64,000 nt of DNA from Dehalococcoidia bacterium (GCA_965248475.1 OZ252106.1:1455640-1519639), one strand, 5' to 3'. Positions 1-10,021 are shown, numbered from the stretch's first letter. Made by a program: numbers and translations. The notes: generated from the sequence alone by a model not told the origin.

Positions 1-1335
1 TCGCGGGATTTTCATTCCGCAGACGCCCTGAACCCCAGTCGCGCCTTTCATTCGACTCCCTCCCAGTGGGGTACGCCTTCAGTCGTCGTGCTGCCCAGCT
101 CCACCAGTGAGGTGGCAGTAGTCCTGGGGCTGGCCCATAGACGCCGCATTCCTGTTGTTCCGTTCGGCGGAGGCACAGGCGTGATGGGCGCAGCGGTGCC
201 AACTGAGGGCGCTATCGTATTGGACATGAAGCGCATGGCCCGCGTACGCAGCATATCCTATGAAGACCGCGTCGCCTGGGTTGAGGCGGGCATGGTCCTT
301 AAAGACCTGGACGTAAAGCTGGGAGAGCACGGCCTGATGCTGGGCCACGACCCGTGGAGCACTCCCATCGCCACGGTAGGCGGCGCCATCTCCACCAACG
401 GTGTTGGCTATCGCGCAGCCCGATACGGCTCAATGGGCGCTCAGGTCCTGGGGCTGGAGGTGGTCCTGCCTACCGGCCAGATAGTGACTACCAAGTCCGT
501 ACCCAAAAAGGCGTCCGGGCCCAATCTCAACCTGTTCATCGGTGCCGAAGGCACACTGGGCGTGATTACAGCCGCCGGCCTGCGTGTCTTCCGCGTGCCG
601 GAGGAGCAAAGGTTCGCCACATTCTCCTTCCCATCCTTCGACGACGGGTTCCGCGCCGTGAGCGAAATGTTCGACATAGGGCTGCGTCCAGCCATTACCG
701 ATCTGACCGAGGAGCCCGTGGATTCGACAGGGGAGACAAGGGTGCTTCTCTACCTGGCATACGAGGGCTATAAAGAGGAGGTTGACGCCCAGGAGCGGAG
801 GACCGCGCGTATCTGCCAGGAAGCAGGCGGAGGTGACATAGGGCCCGGCGAGACCGAAGACTACTGGCGTGAGCGTCATCGCTCAGGAGAGAGGTACAAG
901 AGCGAGTCGCTCCCGCTACCGCCGTCTGAGCGGTGGAACCAGGGCTGGGGAAGGGGTAACTGGGACTACCTGCACGTCTCCCTACCCGTCTCCCAGGTGC
1001 TGGAGTTCCGGCGGCAGGCACAGGCCATCGCGCAGGAGGCTGGCCTCCACATCCGCGAGTATGCTATCTGGACGGAGCCGGAGCTGTTCTCCATCATCAT
1101 GACTGGTACGGCTCTTAGCAGCGACGGCTCCACCAACTCATTCGCGAAAGCGGTGGACCGGATACTGACGCTGGCCCAAGACATGGGGGGCACGATGGAG
1201 TACTGCCACGGCGTGGGAGTGAAGCTGGCGCATCTGGTGGAACGTGAGTGGGGCAGCGGTCTGGATGTAGCCCGGCGCATCAAAGATGCTCTTGACCCTC
1301 ACGGCATCATGAACCCTGGTAAACTGGGATTGTAA
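1..1335 (+). CDS. FAD-linked oxidase (GlcD / FAD-binding PCMH family), 5' end outside window
   Basis: Frame 1 is open from nt 1. It has an FAD-binding-domain-like stretch (VVPFGGGTGVMGAAVP) and a typical C-terminal end (EYCHGVGVKLAHL..DPHGIMNPGKL). Family recognised, substrate not. Confidence 0.85.
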   Translation, partial: SRDFHSADALNPSRAFHSTPSQWGTPSVVVLPSSTSEVAVVLGLAHRRRIPVVPFGGGTGVMGAAVPTEGAIVLDMKRMARVRSISYEDRVAWVEAGMVLKDLDVKLGEHGLMLGHDPWSTPIATVGGAISTNGVGYRAARYGSMGAQVLGLEVVLPTGQIVTTKSVPKKASGPNLNLFIGAEGTLGVITAAGLRVFRVPEEQRFATFSFPSFDDGFRAVSEMFDIGLRPAITDLTEEPVDSTGETRVLLYLAYEGYKEEVDAQERRTARICQEAGGGDIGPGETEDYWRERHRSGERYKSESLPLPPSERWNQGWGRGNWDYLHVSLPVSQVLEFRRQAQAIAQEAGLHIREYAIWTEPELFSIIMTGTALSSDGSTNSFAKAVDRILTLAQDMGGTMEYCHGVGVKLAHLVEREWGSGLDVARRIKDALDPHGIMNPGKLGL

Positions 1336-1364
1336 CGCTGTAGCAAGGTCTACGGGAGGGTGGG

Positions 1365-1979
1365 GTGGTAAAGTTTGGATCTGTTCTGCTGCTGGCGGGA
1401 ATAACCGCGCTGGGTGGATACGCCTTCTACCTGATACTTCGCGCACTGTTTAGAACGTGGACAAACGTGCCCATCATCCTGCAAATAGGAGTACCCGTAG
1501 TCCTGGCCGGGCTTGGGCTGCTGATGGCGGCGGTAGTGCGAGACCGGCTTCAGGACAGCAGCAAGCTGGTTATGGACAGGAGAACGAACAGAGCCCCGAG
1601 TAGGATGGTGAACCGGAACAGCGTGGCTTCCACGCCGCGGCGCGTACGGAAGGTGCTCTCAGCGCTACCGAACAGGGCAGCACCTCCGCCCCGTACCTGC
1701 ATCAGCACCACCGTAATGAGCACGATGGCCGTAATGATCGTCGCGATATTTAGAGACGTGTCCATGATAGTTGTTCCAAGTAACTACTTTAGCAGCGGTT
1801 GCGGCGGTGTCAAGATTGGAGCATGCGGGCCGCTAGTCCTCAATGCTTCCGATAGCCAGCTTCTCCTGATCCGGCCTATCCTCTTCGTCTCCCTATTGGG
1901 CTTCTATTTCGAGATTTCTCCGAGTGAACAGGTCACATCCATCCCTATTTCTCTTTCATGGCGTCCAGCTTCTCTGTGA
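1365..1979 (+). CDS. small 2-TM membrane protein; only the first ~60 codons are credible, true 3' end uncertain
   Basis: GTG start preceded by GGGAGGG. The N-terminus has two hydrophobic helices ([40 protein letters not shown]). From about nt 1550 the ORF runs antisense through secG and looks non-protein-like. Confidence 0.3.
   Translation: MVKFGSVLLLAGITALGGYAFYLILRALFRTWTNVPIILQIGVPVVLAGLGLLMAAVVRDRLQDSSKLVMDRRTNRAPSRMVNRNSVASTPRRVRKVLSALPNRAAPPPRTCISTTVMSTMAVMIVAIFRDVSMIVVPSNYFSSGCGGVKIGACGPLVLNASDSQLLLIRPILFVSLLGFYFEISPSEQVTSIPISLSWRPASL
1550..1765 (-). CDS. secG: preprotein translocase subunit SecG
   Basis: 71 aa, two TM segments flanking a Gly-rich loop ([33 protein letters not shown]), the typical SecG layout. 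Confidence 0.75.
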   Translation of the reverse strand: MDTSLNIATIITAIVLITVVLMQVRGGGAALFGSAESTFRTRRGVEATLFRFTILLGALFVLLSITSLLLS

Positions 1980-3441
1980 GGATCTGGGCCGCCATCTCCG
2001 GGTTGGCCTGGCCGCGGGTCAGCTTCATCACCTGCCCCAGCAGAAATCTAATTGCCGTATCTTTGCCCTTCAGGTAGTCGGCCACGGCGGGACTGTTGGC
2101 GGTTATGGCCTCCGTGACCACGGGTTCTATAGAAGCGGCGTCTGTAATCTGGCTGACGCCCTGCTCTTTGACCACATCCGCAGGGGTCTTGCCGGTAGCG
2201 AATGTCTGCTCCAGGACCGACTTAGCCAGGGTGGTGCTCAAGGTGCCCGCATCCAGGAGATAGAGCAGATTCGCCAGATGCTCAGGCTGCAGGCGGCTCT
2301 CCCCCACCTCTTGACCGGACAAGTTGAGCAGCCGTGCCACGTCGCCCAGCATCCAGTTGCCTGTGGCCTTGGCCCGTTGCTGAAGGGCATCACCTTGGTA
2401 GTCTCCAACGGCGACGACCCGCTCGAAGAAGTCGGCGGTCGCCTGGGAGGCGGTTAGGAGCACGGCGTCGTACTGGGACAGGCCGAACTGTGTTACATAC
2501 CTGTCACTACGAGCCCTGGGGAGCTCCGGCAGACTGACGCGCAGGTCATCCACCCACTGAGGCGTGACGACCAGAGGCGGTAAATCAGGCTCAGGAAAGA
2601 AACGATAGTCGTGGGCGTACTCTTTGGAGCGCTGGGAGGCGGTGACGCTGGTATCGTCAACCCATCCGCGCGTCTCTTGAACGATGTGGCCTCCCTCTTC
2701 CACCAACCGCACCTGGCGCTCGAACTCATATTCCAGAGCGCGGTAGACAGAGCGAAAGCTGTTCATGTTCTTGACCTCTACCTTGACGCCGAGCTGATCG
2801 CTGCCCTTGTGGCGGATGCTGATATTGGCGTCGCAGCGGAAGCTACCTTCCTCCATGTTGCCGGTGGAGACACCCAGGTACTGGAGAATGGCCCGCAGGG
2901 TTACCAGGTACTGCCGCGCCTCTTCGGGCGAACGCAGGTCCGGCTCTCCAACGATCTCCATAAGAGGAACGCCGGCTCGGTTGACGTCCAGCAGGCTGTA
3001 GGCCTCGCCTGAGCTGTCCCCGCGGTGAAACAGTTTGGCCACGTCCTCTTCCAGGTGCACGCGGGTGATTCCAGCCTGCTTCTCCTCTCCGTCCACGCTG
3101 ATCGTCATCCAGCCATCGCTGGCGATGGGCTGGTCGAACTGTGAGATCTGGTAGCCCTTCATCAGGTCCGGGTAGGGATAGTTCTTTCGATCGAACTTGG
3201 TTTCCCGATTGATGGTGCAGTTGAGAGCCAGGCCGGTCATGATGACGAACTCCACGGCCCGCTTGTTGATGACGGGCAAGACGCCTGGCATCCCCAGGCA
3301 GACGGGGCAGACTGTGGTGTTGGGGTCCGCGCCCTGGTAGTCCGCGCGGCAGGAGCAGAACATTTTGCTGTGTGTCAGGAGCTGGGCGTGGACCTCCAGC
3401 CCGATGACAGATTCGTATTTGGTCTCTACTGAGGTGGTCAT
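1945..3441 (-). CDS. gatB: Asp-tRNA(Asn)/Glu-tRNA(Gln) amidotransferase subunit B
   Basis: 498 aa. N-terminus [23 protein letters not shown] and overall length are typical GatB. Confidence 0.95.
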   Translation of the reverse strand: MTTSVETKYESVIGLEVHAQLLTHSKMFCSCRADYQGADPNTTVCPVCLGMPGVLPVINKRAVEFVIMTGLALNCTINRETKFDRKNYPYPDLMKGYQISQFDQPIASDGWMTISVDGEEKQAGITRVHLEEDVAKLFHRGDSSGEAYSLLDVNRAGVPLMEIVGEPDLRSPEEARQYLVTLRAILQYLGVSTGNMEEGSFRCDANISIRHKGSDQLGVKVEVKNMNSFRSVYRALEYEFERQVRLVEEGGHIVQETRGWVDDTSVTASQRSKEYAHDYRFFPEPDLPPLVVTPQWVDDLRVSLPELPRARSDRYVTQFGLSQYDAVLLTASQATADFFERVVAVGDYQGDALQQRAKATGNWMLGDVARLLNLSGQEVGESRLQPEHLANLLYLLDAGTLSTTLAKSVLEQTFATGKTPADVVKEQGVSQITDAASIEPVVTEAITANSPAVADYLKGKDTAIRFLLGQVMKLTRGQANPEMAAQILTEKLDAMKEK

Positions 3442-3487
3442 GGCTATCTCAGTATATCAGGGAGTGCCAACGGGATGTGAACCGCCC

Positions 3488-4156
3488 CTACACAAACACA
3501 GGTCCCGCCGGGGAGCCGCCGATATCGCCATCGCCCCAGGCGCCGGGGCCGATGAGAGGCACGAAGCGACACGGCCCAAGGTTTGTAACGGAGAACCCGC
3601 CGTGGTCCTTCTGCACGCGGTGCAGTTCTTGCTGGTGCAGCGACCCCACCGGTATCACCATCCTGCCGCCGTCAGCCAGCTGGTCCAGGAGCACGGAAGG
3701 CAGGCGCGGTGCCGCAGCGGCGACCACTATGGCATCGAAGGGGGCCTCTTCGGGACAGCCCAGCACATCTCCCGCCGGACGCACCACTACATTATCGTAT
3801 CCCAGAGAGGCCAGTCGCTCACGCGCGACATCAGCCAAGTAGGGCAGGCGCTCCGTAGTAACCACCTCCCCTGCCAGCAGGGACAGGACGGAGGCCTGAT
3901 AGCCGGAGCCCGTGCCCACCTCCAGTACCTTGTCGGTGGGCTTCAGGGCCAGGGCAGCGACCATCATAGCAACGATCAGCGGCTGAGAGATAGTCTGGTC
4001 CTGGCCTATGGGCAGCGGTATATCCTCATGGGCCAGGTGGCGACTGTCCTCGGGTACGAACAGCTCCCTGGGGACGCGAGATATGGCTTCCAACACTTGC
4101 GCGTCACTTATGTAACGCCCCAGGTGTCCAATGAGCCCCCGCTTCTTGTCCTCCAC
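3488..4156 (-). CDS. pcm: protein-L-isoaspartate O-methyltransferase
   Basis: 222 aa with TISQPLIVAMM and the SAM-binding motif VLEVGTGSGYQASVL. Confidence 0.9.
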   Translation of the reverse strand: MEDKKRGLIGHLGRYISDAQVLEAISRVPRELFVPEDSRHLAHEDIPLPIGQDQTISQPLIVAMMVAALALKPTDKVLEVGTGSGYQASVLSLLAGEVVTTERLPYLADVARERLASLGYDNVVVRPAGDVLGCPEEAPFDAIVVAAAAPRLPSVLLDQLADGGRMVIPVGSLHQQELHRVQKDHGGFSVTNLGPCRFVPLIGPGAWGDGDIGGSPAGPVFV

Positions 4157-4198
4157 GTCCTACTGCCACCCATCTGAATCTAACAGGGAGTACTCTGC

Positions 4199-4714
4199 TT
4201 ATGCCGGATAGACCAACTCACCGCCAGCGGCCTGGCGCGAGGCCTGGCGGCTGGTTTCTGCCCCCTTGGTCTTCCAGAATATCTCGGCGATACCCTGAAC
4301 GGCGGTCAGAAGGTCCTGAGCGGCCTGCATGTCATTGTTCTGCCTGGACCTTGAGCCCAGCTTCATCACGTTGAAGACACGCTCGTGGAGGTCGGTGTGC
4401 TCCTGGGCGTGTTCGGGTCGGAAGTAGTCTCCCCAGAGAACACGAATCTCACTCTTGCAAAGTTCAGCGTGCTGCTCCTTGGTAGCAACATAGCGGCCCA
4501 GGCTGGCATTATAGGCGGCGCGGTCCTGGGCCGATGCGTCATTGCCTGGGGCCTCCAGCGCCTCGATTAGCTGGTTCATACGTACGACTGTGAGGGCCGC
4601 GATCTGGGCCCCGTGGGGATCGTAGATACCACAGGGAACGTCGCAGTGGGCGTGTACCGCCATTGTCAGGGTAAGTCGGTCAACCACCCTGCTGAATACG
4701 CTAAGTAAAGACAT
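4199..4714 (-). CDS. sodN: nickel superoxide dismutase precursor
   Basis: Ni-hook motif HCDVPCGIYDP lies directly after a short propeptide (..TMAVHA|HCDVPCG). The cognate protease gene is adjacent and divergent. Confidence 0.9.
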   Translation of the reverse strand: MSLLSVFSRVVDRLTLTMAVHAHCDVPCGIYDPHGAQIAALTVVRMNQLIEALEAPGNDASAQDRAAYNASLGRYVATKEQHAELCKSEIRVLWGDYFRPEHAQEHTDLHERVFNVMKLGSRSRQNNDMQAAQDLLTAVQGIAEIFWKTKGAETSRQASRQAAGGELVYPA

Positions 4715-4785
4715 GTTTCCCTCCCAAAACCTGGTTCGTTTGTAGGTACATCAGCTTACAGTAAGAGCCGTCGCACAGCAACACC

Positions 4786-4831
4786 GGGCAGGGCGTGCCC
4801 TGCCCCCACAGTCCCGACAGGTCGGGACACC
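4786..4831. repeat. two adjacent GC-rich palindromes in the sodN/sodX divergent region
   Basis: GGGCAGGGC-GT-GCCCTGCCC at 4786-4805. GTCCCGAC-AG-GTCGGGAC followed by ACC at 4811-4831. The second is near-identical to the element at 49575-49595. Confidence 0.85.
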
Positions 4832-4966
4832 ACATTCTTCCGTCGTTCGCTTAGCCGAACCTATGCACCTAATAAATACCTTGGCAAAAGATGAGATGAC
4901 ACCAGAAGTTGTTGTACAAGTCGTGCGCTGCCCCCACATATTTACCACCCTGCTACAATCGCACCC

Positions 4967-5539
4967 ATGAGCGCACCTATGGGACACGGCCAATCAAACT
5001 CCGAATCTCCAGCGCTCCAACGTGGCGATTCCAGGCTGGCAAGAGCGGCTGGCCGGATATTACGCCTGCCCGGAGTGTTCCAAGTAGCAAGCCTATTGAC
5101 GTCAGTGCGAATCAGGGTGTACGGAGACAGCATGCGGCCTCTGCTGGCCGAAGGCCAGCGTCTCCTTGTTAGCCGTCTTGCCTACCATTGGTCTTCACCA
5201 CAGCGAGGCGACCTGGTGGTAATCAGAGACCCCATACAGCCAGACATGCGCTACATCAAGCGCATCGTAGGTCTGCCAGGGGAGCATGTCCAGATGGATG
5301 GCGGCAATGTTGCCATCGACGGGGAGACCCTAGTTGAACCGTACGCTCAGGGCAGCGAGAGTGTCGCCAGCCCGTTTCCCAGCCAGTGGGTGCCGGACGA
5401 GACAGAATTCTTTGTGCTGGGAGACCGGCGGCAGGACAGCCGGGACAGCCGTACCTTCGGCCCAGTAGGGAGGCGCAACATCATAGGAAAGACCTGGGTG
5501 AGATACTGGCCACCAAGGGCATTGGGGAGGCCGAGTTGA
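4967..5539 (+). CDS. sodX: S26-family peptidase, Ni-SOD maturation protease
   Basis: Signal-peptidase-I catalytic Ser box (YGDSMRPLL) and Lys box (YIKRIVGLPGEHV). Divergently paired with sodN. Exact start uncertain. Confidence 0.8.
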   Translation: MSAPMGHGQSNSESPALQRGDSRLARAAGRILRLPGVFQVASLLTSVRIRVYGDSMRPLLAEGQRLLVSRLAYHWSSPQRGDLVVIRDPIQPDMRYIKRIVGLPGEHVQMDGGNVAIDGETLVEPYAQGSESVASPFPSQWVPDETEFFVLGDRRQDSRDSRTFGPVGRRNIIGKTWVRYWPPRALGRPS

Positions 5540-5606
5540 AGTGACCCCTTGACCTTTTCGGAGTTTTCTTAGACAAATACCAACGATTCAGGAGGGCACG
5601 ATAGCG

Positions 5607-6367
5607 ATGTCGTGTCCTTTTTTTATGACCCGTTACAGGGGGATAGATATGGCTGAACTGTTGGATACCAGTGATCTGAGCAGTAAGGCGGCCTGGCGGG
5701 CTACGTTGGCGGAGCTTATAGCGGTAACCCTGTTCGCGTTCGTGGGGGCGGGGGCGATTGTCAGCATAGGTATGGTAGGTGCCGACGGCGACACTACTCT
5801 AATAATTGCGGCGCTGGCACACGGTCTGGCAATCGCCGTCCTGGTAGCGGCCATCGGCCGTATCTCCGGTGGGCACATCAACCCGGCTGTGACAGTTGCA
5901 GCGGTGGTGACCGGGAAGATGAGCCTGGTCAAAGGTGTGATGTACGTGGCGGCACAGCTGATCGGTGCGCTGGCGGGAGCCGAGCTGCGTTGAGCGTCAT
6001 TCCTCTAGCAGACCAGGGCACTCTCGGCGCCCACGCCCTAAGCGTGGACGTTGTGCCCGGCCTGATAGTAGAGATGGTCCTAACATTCACGCTGGTGTTC
6101 GTCATTTTTGCCACGGCCATAGACCCCAACGGCCCCGGACGCCTGGCCCCATTCGCCATTGGTCTAACGGTGATGGTAGACCTCTTCGTGAGTGTTCCGC
6201 TGACGGGCGCTTCCATGAACCCAGCCCGCAGCTTTGGCCCCGCTCTAGTGACCGGTGAATGGGCTAACCATTGGGTCTACTGGGTCGGCCCGATAGTGGG
6301 TGCGGTGCTTGCTGCGGTCATCTACGAGTTGATCTACATCCGTGGTCGCGAAGAAGAGGCCGCCTGA
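5607..6367 (+). pseudogene. MIP/aquaporin-family channel interrupted by a 1-nt deletion-type frameshift (or assembly indel)
   Basis: First NPA box (SGGHINPAVT) is in ORF 5607-5993. Second NPA box (GASMNPARSFGPAL) is in ORF 5990-6367 in another frame. The junction is at about 5988-5992. Likely start is ATG 5649, with AGGGGGA upstream. Confidence 0.8.
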
Positions 6368-6551
6368 TCGTTCAGCAGAGCGCGTCCTGCGCTCAGGTTT
6401 TCCACCGTGTGGGAGAACCTGTCCCTAAGCCACAACGAGAAGTATAGGTCTGTGCAAAGCCAGCTAGGCCACAGCCCATAGCCGCCGGCTTAGTCCCAGG
6501 AGCAGGGGCAGCATTCCCAGAGTGCAGGTTACATGTGGCCTCCTGAGGGGC

Positions 6552-6905
6552 CTACATGTAGTCCTCTCGCGGCGGGCTAAAGATGTCAGCGATATGGGCC
6601 CGCTCGCTGCCGGCAAATGCGCTGTGCTCCACGTCCGGCGGGACAAGATAGACCTCGCCCGGGTTGAGGACGCGCAGGTCGCCACCGATCACCATGGTCA
6701 CTCCACCCTCCAGGACCAACCCCATCTGCTCATGGGGATGCGTATGGGGCGGCACTTCAGAGCCAGGGGCCATATCTATCATGGACACCATGATGCGCTC
6801 GCCCCACGTTGGGCGGATCTGGACGCCGGGTGCAATGTCCTGGGGGGTGATCTGAGAGGGTTGGAAAAAGGTCATAGGATCTCCTTTTGGCGGTGTCCCG
6901 CTCAT
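6552..6905 (-). CDS. cupin-domain protein
   Basis: 117 aa with a cupin-2 metal-binding pattern ([17 protein letters not shown]...). Confidence 0.75.
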   Translation of the reverse strand: MSGTPPKGDPMTFFQPSQITPQDIAPGVQIRPTWGERIMVSMIDMAPGSEVPPHTHPHEQMGLVLEGGVTMVIGGDLRVLNPGEVYLVPPDVEHSAFAGSERAHIADIFSPPREDYM

Positions 6906-6995
6906 CTGAGTTGACTGGTCGACTGTTCGATGGGCCTGGCGAAGTCGTGACCCGCCATCCTGGTTGGAGCCCGCCGCAGCTTCTGCGAGCGGACG

Positions 6996-7705
6996 TTACT
7001 GGAACCCCAAACCGCGTTCCTTGAGGCTGACGACCCGGCCGTAGTCCGCCTGGCCAATTTATGATGTGGTCCAAAACCTCTATATCCAGCCTCCACAAGC
7101 TGCTGAGTAACATGTACATCATCCGTGCTGGGGGTTGGGTCTCCGGAGGGATGGTTGTGCACAAGGATTATCGCCGGGCAGTTGGAACGCACCGCCTCCT
7201 GAAACACCTCACCAGCACGAACCACCGCTGAGGAGACGTTGCCCTTGTAAACCTCTGAGACACCGACCACCTGGTTCCTGGTGTTCAGGAGCAACACATG
7301 GAAGTGCTCTTGGTCCAGAAAGGCCATCTCAGCGGAGAGGAGATTGGCTACGTCCTGAGGCGAGTTGATTGTTGGACGGACATCACCTGTGGTGGCCAGC
7401 AGTCTACCGCCTATCTCCAGGGCCGCTTTGAGCTGAGCCGTCTTGGCCTCACCCATGCCGTGGACAGTAGCTAGTTCCCTGAAGCTGGCCCTGGCAAGGC
7501 CATCCAGACCTCCGTAGGTTGCCAGAAGACGCGCTGCCAGATCAACGGCGTTCTCCGCAGGGGTGCCCGTCCGCAGCAGTATAGCAATAAGCTCCGAGTT
7601 GCTTAGATAGGACACACCGTGGTCTCGCAGTCGTTCGCGGGGCCGCTCGGAGGCGGGCAGGTCACGGATCAGCAACCGGTACTGGGGCCTCTGCTGACGG
7701 TCCAC
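6996..7705 (-). pseudogene. radC: RadC/UPF0758 JAB-domain protein with two +1 frameshifts near the 3' end (or assembly indels)
   Basis: ERPRERL, an HhH region and the JAB motif [11 protein letters not shown] are in frame A. The conserved C-terminus [10 protein letters not shown] reads in frame A+1, and [20 protein letters not shown]-stop reads in frame A+2. Shift sites are at about 7086-7093 and the AAA run at 7058-7060. GTG start at 7705 is inferred. Confidence 0.8.
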
Positions 7706-7718
7706 GTTGCTCCCCGTG

Positions 7719-7946
7719 TTACCCTTTTCCCTCGTCCCTGCAACTCTGGCACACAAAGGCATCTCCCTGCTCCGCGGCTACACCCACAGGTACATTACGC
7801 TTACGGCGACAAACGGTACAGGTCACAGCTTCCAGAGGGGTCTGACCTAGGCGATCCGGCTCCTGGGCATACCCACGGAACCCACTGTAGTCAGGATTGA
7901 GGCGCTTCATAGCCCCATATCGCAGACGATCTTTGCTCCGAGTCAC
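7719..7946 (-). CDS. hypothetical small zinc-ribbon protein
   Basis: 75 aa with two CxxC pairs (CTVC ... CQSC). No family recognised. Confidence 0.35.
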   Translation of the reverse strand: MTRSKDRLRYGAMKRLNPDYSGFRGYAQEPDRLGQTPLEAVTCTVCRRKRNVPVGVAAEQGDAFVCQSCRDEGKG

Positions 7947-7984
7947 GGACTTACCCCCCCCCTTACAACTGATGCAAGGCGGTG

Positions 7985-8017
7985 TTAGAAAGATCGGCCG
8001 GGCACGAAGTGCCCGGG
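7985..8017 (-). terminator. hairpin terminator downstream of rplL
   Basis: CCGGGCAC-GAA-GTGCCCGG (7998-8016), followed on the minus strand by a T-rich CGATCTTTCT. Confidence 0.5.
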
Positions 8018-8027
8018 AAGCTCAGCG

Positions 8028-8420
8028 TTACTCTATCGCCACGGAGGCTCCAGCCTCCTCAAGCTTCTTCTGGATCTCGGAGGCCTCGTCCTTGGTGATG
8101 GAGTCCTTAACGGCTGTCGGTGCAGCCTCTACCAACTCCTTGGCCTCACGGAGGCCCAGTGAGGTGACTTCGCGCACAACCTTAATAACGTTGATCTTGT
8201 TGGCACCAATCTCCTTGAGCACCAGCGAGAACTCGGTCTGCTCCTCAGCAGCCGCCGCTTCAGGCGTGGCGGCAACAGCGCCAGCAGCACCCGGAGCCGC
8301 CGCTACAGCAACGGGGGCCGCGGCTGTTACGCCGAACTCCTCCTCAAGAGCCTTGACTAGCTCGGCCAGGTCCACCACGGACATCTCCTTGATGACCTTC
8401 ATTACTTCGTCTTTGTCCAC
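8028..8420 (-). CDS. rplL: 50S ribosomal protein L7/L12
   Basis: 130 aa with an Ala-rich hinge and the C-terminal domain (..[22 protein letters not shown]). Confidence 0.95.
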   Translation of the reverse strand: MDKDEVMKVIKEMSVVDLAELVKALEEEFGVTAAAPVAVAAAPGAAGAVAATPEAAAAEEQTEFSLVLKEIGANKINVIKVVREVTSLGLREAKELVEAAPTAVKDSITKDEASEIQKKLEEAGASVAIE

Positions 8421-8474
8421 TTAATTCCTCCTTACAATTATCTGTCACGCCAGGCCGGCTGGCGTTTCGCCAAT

Positions 8475-9032
8475 CTAAGAGTTTGACTGCTGGGCTATTC
8501 GTTGGTTCAGCACATTGGTCAGCCCTTGCAATGGGCCGTTCAGCACGGTGACCAGACCTTGCAGCGGCCGGTTCAGTACCGAAGCCAAGCGGGTGATCGG
8601 ACTGGAGAGCTGGCCGACCAGCTGGGCCACCAGAACCTCCTTGGGCGGAAGGGTGGCCAGAGTCGTCAATTGAGCATCTCTATATACCCGGCCATCTATG
8701 GCAGCGGCGCGCAGCACTACCGGCAGCCTGTTTACACGGACGTAGTCAACGAGCGCCTTGATGGGTGCTATGGGGTCCTCATAGCCGAAAGCCATAGCCG
8801 TCGGGCCCTGCAGAAGCTCCTGGAACTCGGGGTGCTCAATGGCATCGGCGGCCCGCTCTGTCAGACTGTTCTTCACAACGCGATACTCCACACCCTGATC
8901 GCGCAGGTGGCGCCTCAGTGCCGTCATCGCATTTACAGACATCCCACTAAAGTCGGTGGACACGGCCACCGTGACATGGGACAGCTTCTCCGCGAGGTCA
9001 TCTACAGCCTTGATCTTCTTATTTGTCGGCAT
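8475..9032 (-). CDS. rplJ: 50S ribosomal protein L10
   Basis: 185 aa. Position upstream of rplL and typical L10 N-terminal sequence. Confidence 0.95.
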   Translation of the reverse strand: MPTNKKIKAVDDLAEKLSHVTVAVSTDFSGMSVNAMTALRRHLRDQGVEYRVVKNSLTERAADAIEHPEFQELLQGPTAMAFGYEDPIAPIKALVDYVRVNRLPVVLRAAAIDGRVYRDAQLTTLATLPPKEVLVAQLVGQLSSPITRLASVLNRPLQGLVTVLNGPLQGLTNVLNQRIAQQSNS

Positions 9033-9305
9033 GATATGTCCTTACAACAAGAATCCCCTGCGCCACAGGCGACAGGGGACGCGTTCATACATTCGAACGA
9101 TCATCGTGTACCTGCCTCGGCGGGCCATTACGCTTAAGCCTCCGGTGGAGGCACCCACTGTCTGTGGCGGTCTTGTCAATTCAGTTTAGATATTGGTCCG
9201 TAATTGGCCTCTGCATTAGATTTATGGCTACGGTCATACCGTACCGATCTATTCTACCCGTGTTGCGACCGGATAGCCAGTTCTCCGGCGTAACGGGTGC
9301 GACGC
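9033..9305 (-). promoter_or_regulatory. rplJ leader region (possible L10-leader autoregulatory RNA)
   Basis: 273-nt non-coding gap between rplA and rplJ, where L10(L12)4-binding leaders occur in many bacteria. I did not verify the structure. Confidence 0.3.
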
Positions 9306-10019
9306 CTACTCCGCGCGAGCGGTCAATAGAGATGAGACGTCCATCTCTATGCTGGGGCCCATCGTGCTGCACAGGTAGGCGCTCCGAATGAACTGGCCTT
9401 TGACGCTTGTTGGCCGGGCCCTTACCACCATGTCCACCACAGAGGCGACGTTTTCAGCTAGGGCTTCTTCATCGAAGCTGACCTTGCCCACGGCGGTGTG
9501 GATGATAGCGGTCCTGTCCATGCGGACCTCAACTCTACCCTGACGGGCTTCATCAACGGCCCGAGCGATATTCTGAGGCTGCACGACGGTACCGGTTCGA
9601 GGATTGGGCATCAGACCACGCCTGCCAAGGACTCTACCCAAACGAGCTACTTTGCTCATCATCTCCTGGGTAGCCAGAGCGGTATCAAATTCAACCCAGC
9701 CGCCCTCAATACTTTTGATAAGGTCATCATCGCCGACGTAGTCTGCACCTGCCTCCTGAGCGACCCGTGCGGCGTCACCCTGTGCAAAAACCAGGACTTT
9801 GACCGTTTTTCCCAGCCCGTGAGGAAGTATGACCACGCCCCTGACGGTCTGGTCGGCATGGCGGGGATCCGCGCCAGTGCGCAGATGCATTTCCACCGTC
9901 TCATCGAACTTGGTGCCAGCGGTCTGCTTCACCAGGGCCACGGCCTCGGCCAGGCCATAGCTCTTCGCCTTGTCCACCAGATCCGCGGACCCTTGATACC
10001 TTTTCCCATGTTTTGGCAT
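9306..10019 (-). CDS. rplA: 50S ribosomal protein L1
   Basis: 237 aa, MPKHGKRY.. N-terminus, in rplK-rplA synteny. Confidence 0.95.
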   Translation of the reverse strand: MPKHGKRYQGSADLVDKAKSYGLAEAVALVKQTAGTKFDETVEMHLRTGADPRHADQTVRGVVILPHGLGKTVKVLVFAQGDAARVAQEAGADYVGDDDLIKSIEGGWVEFDTALATQEMMSKVARLGRVLGRRGLMPNPRTGTVVQPQNIARAVDEARQGRVEVRMDRTAIIHTAVGKVSFDEEALAENVASVVDMVVRARPTSVKGQFIRSAYLCSTMGPSIEMDVSSLLTARAE

Positions 10020-10021
10020 GG

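Noticed and set aside
1560-1979. Downstream two-thirds of the 204-aa plus-strand ORF 1365-1979
   Set aside because: It runs antisense through secG and into the gatB 3' end, and loses all protein-like character after the two N-terminal TM helices. Either the real gene ends near 1560-1610 in another frame, or an indel removed its stop.
6757-7164. 135-aa ORF on the minus strand
   Set aside because: Not an independent gene. It is the alternative frame that carries the conserved RadC segment [10 protein letters not shown] between the two frameshifts.
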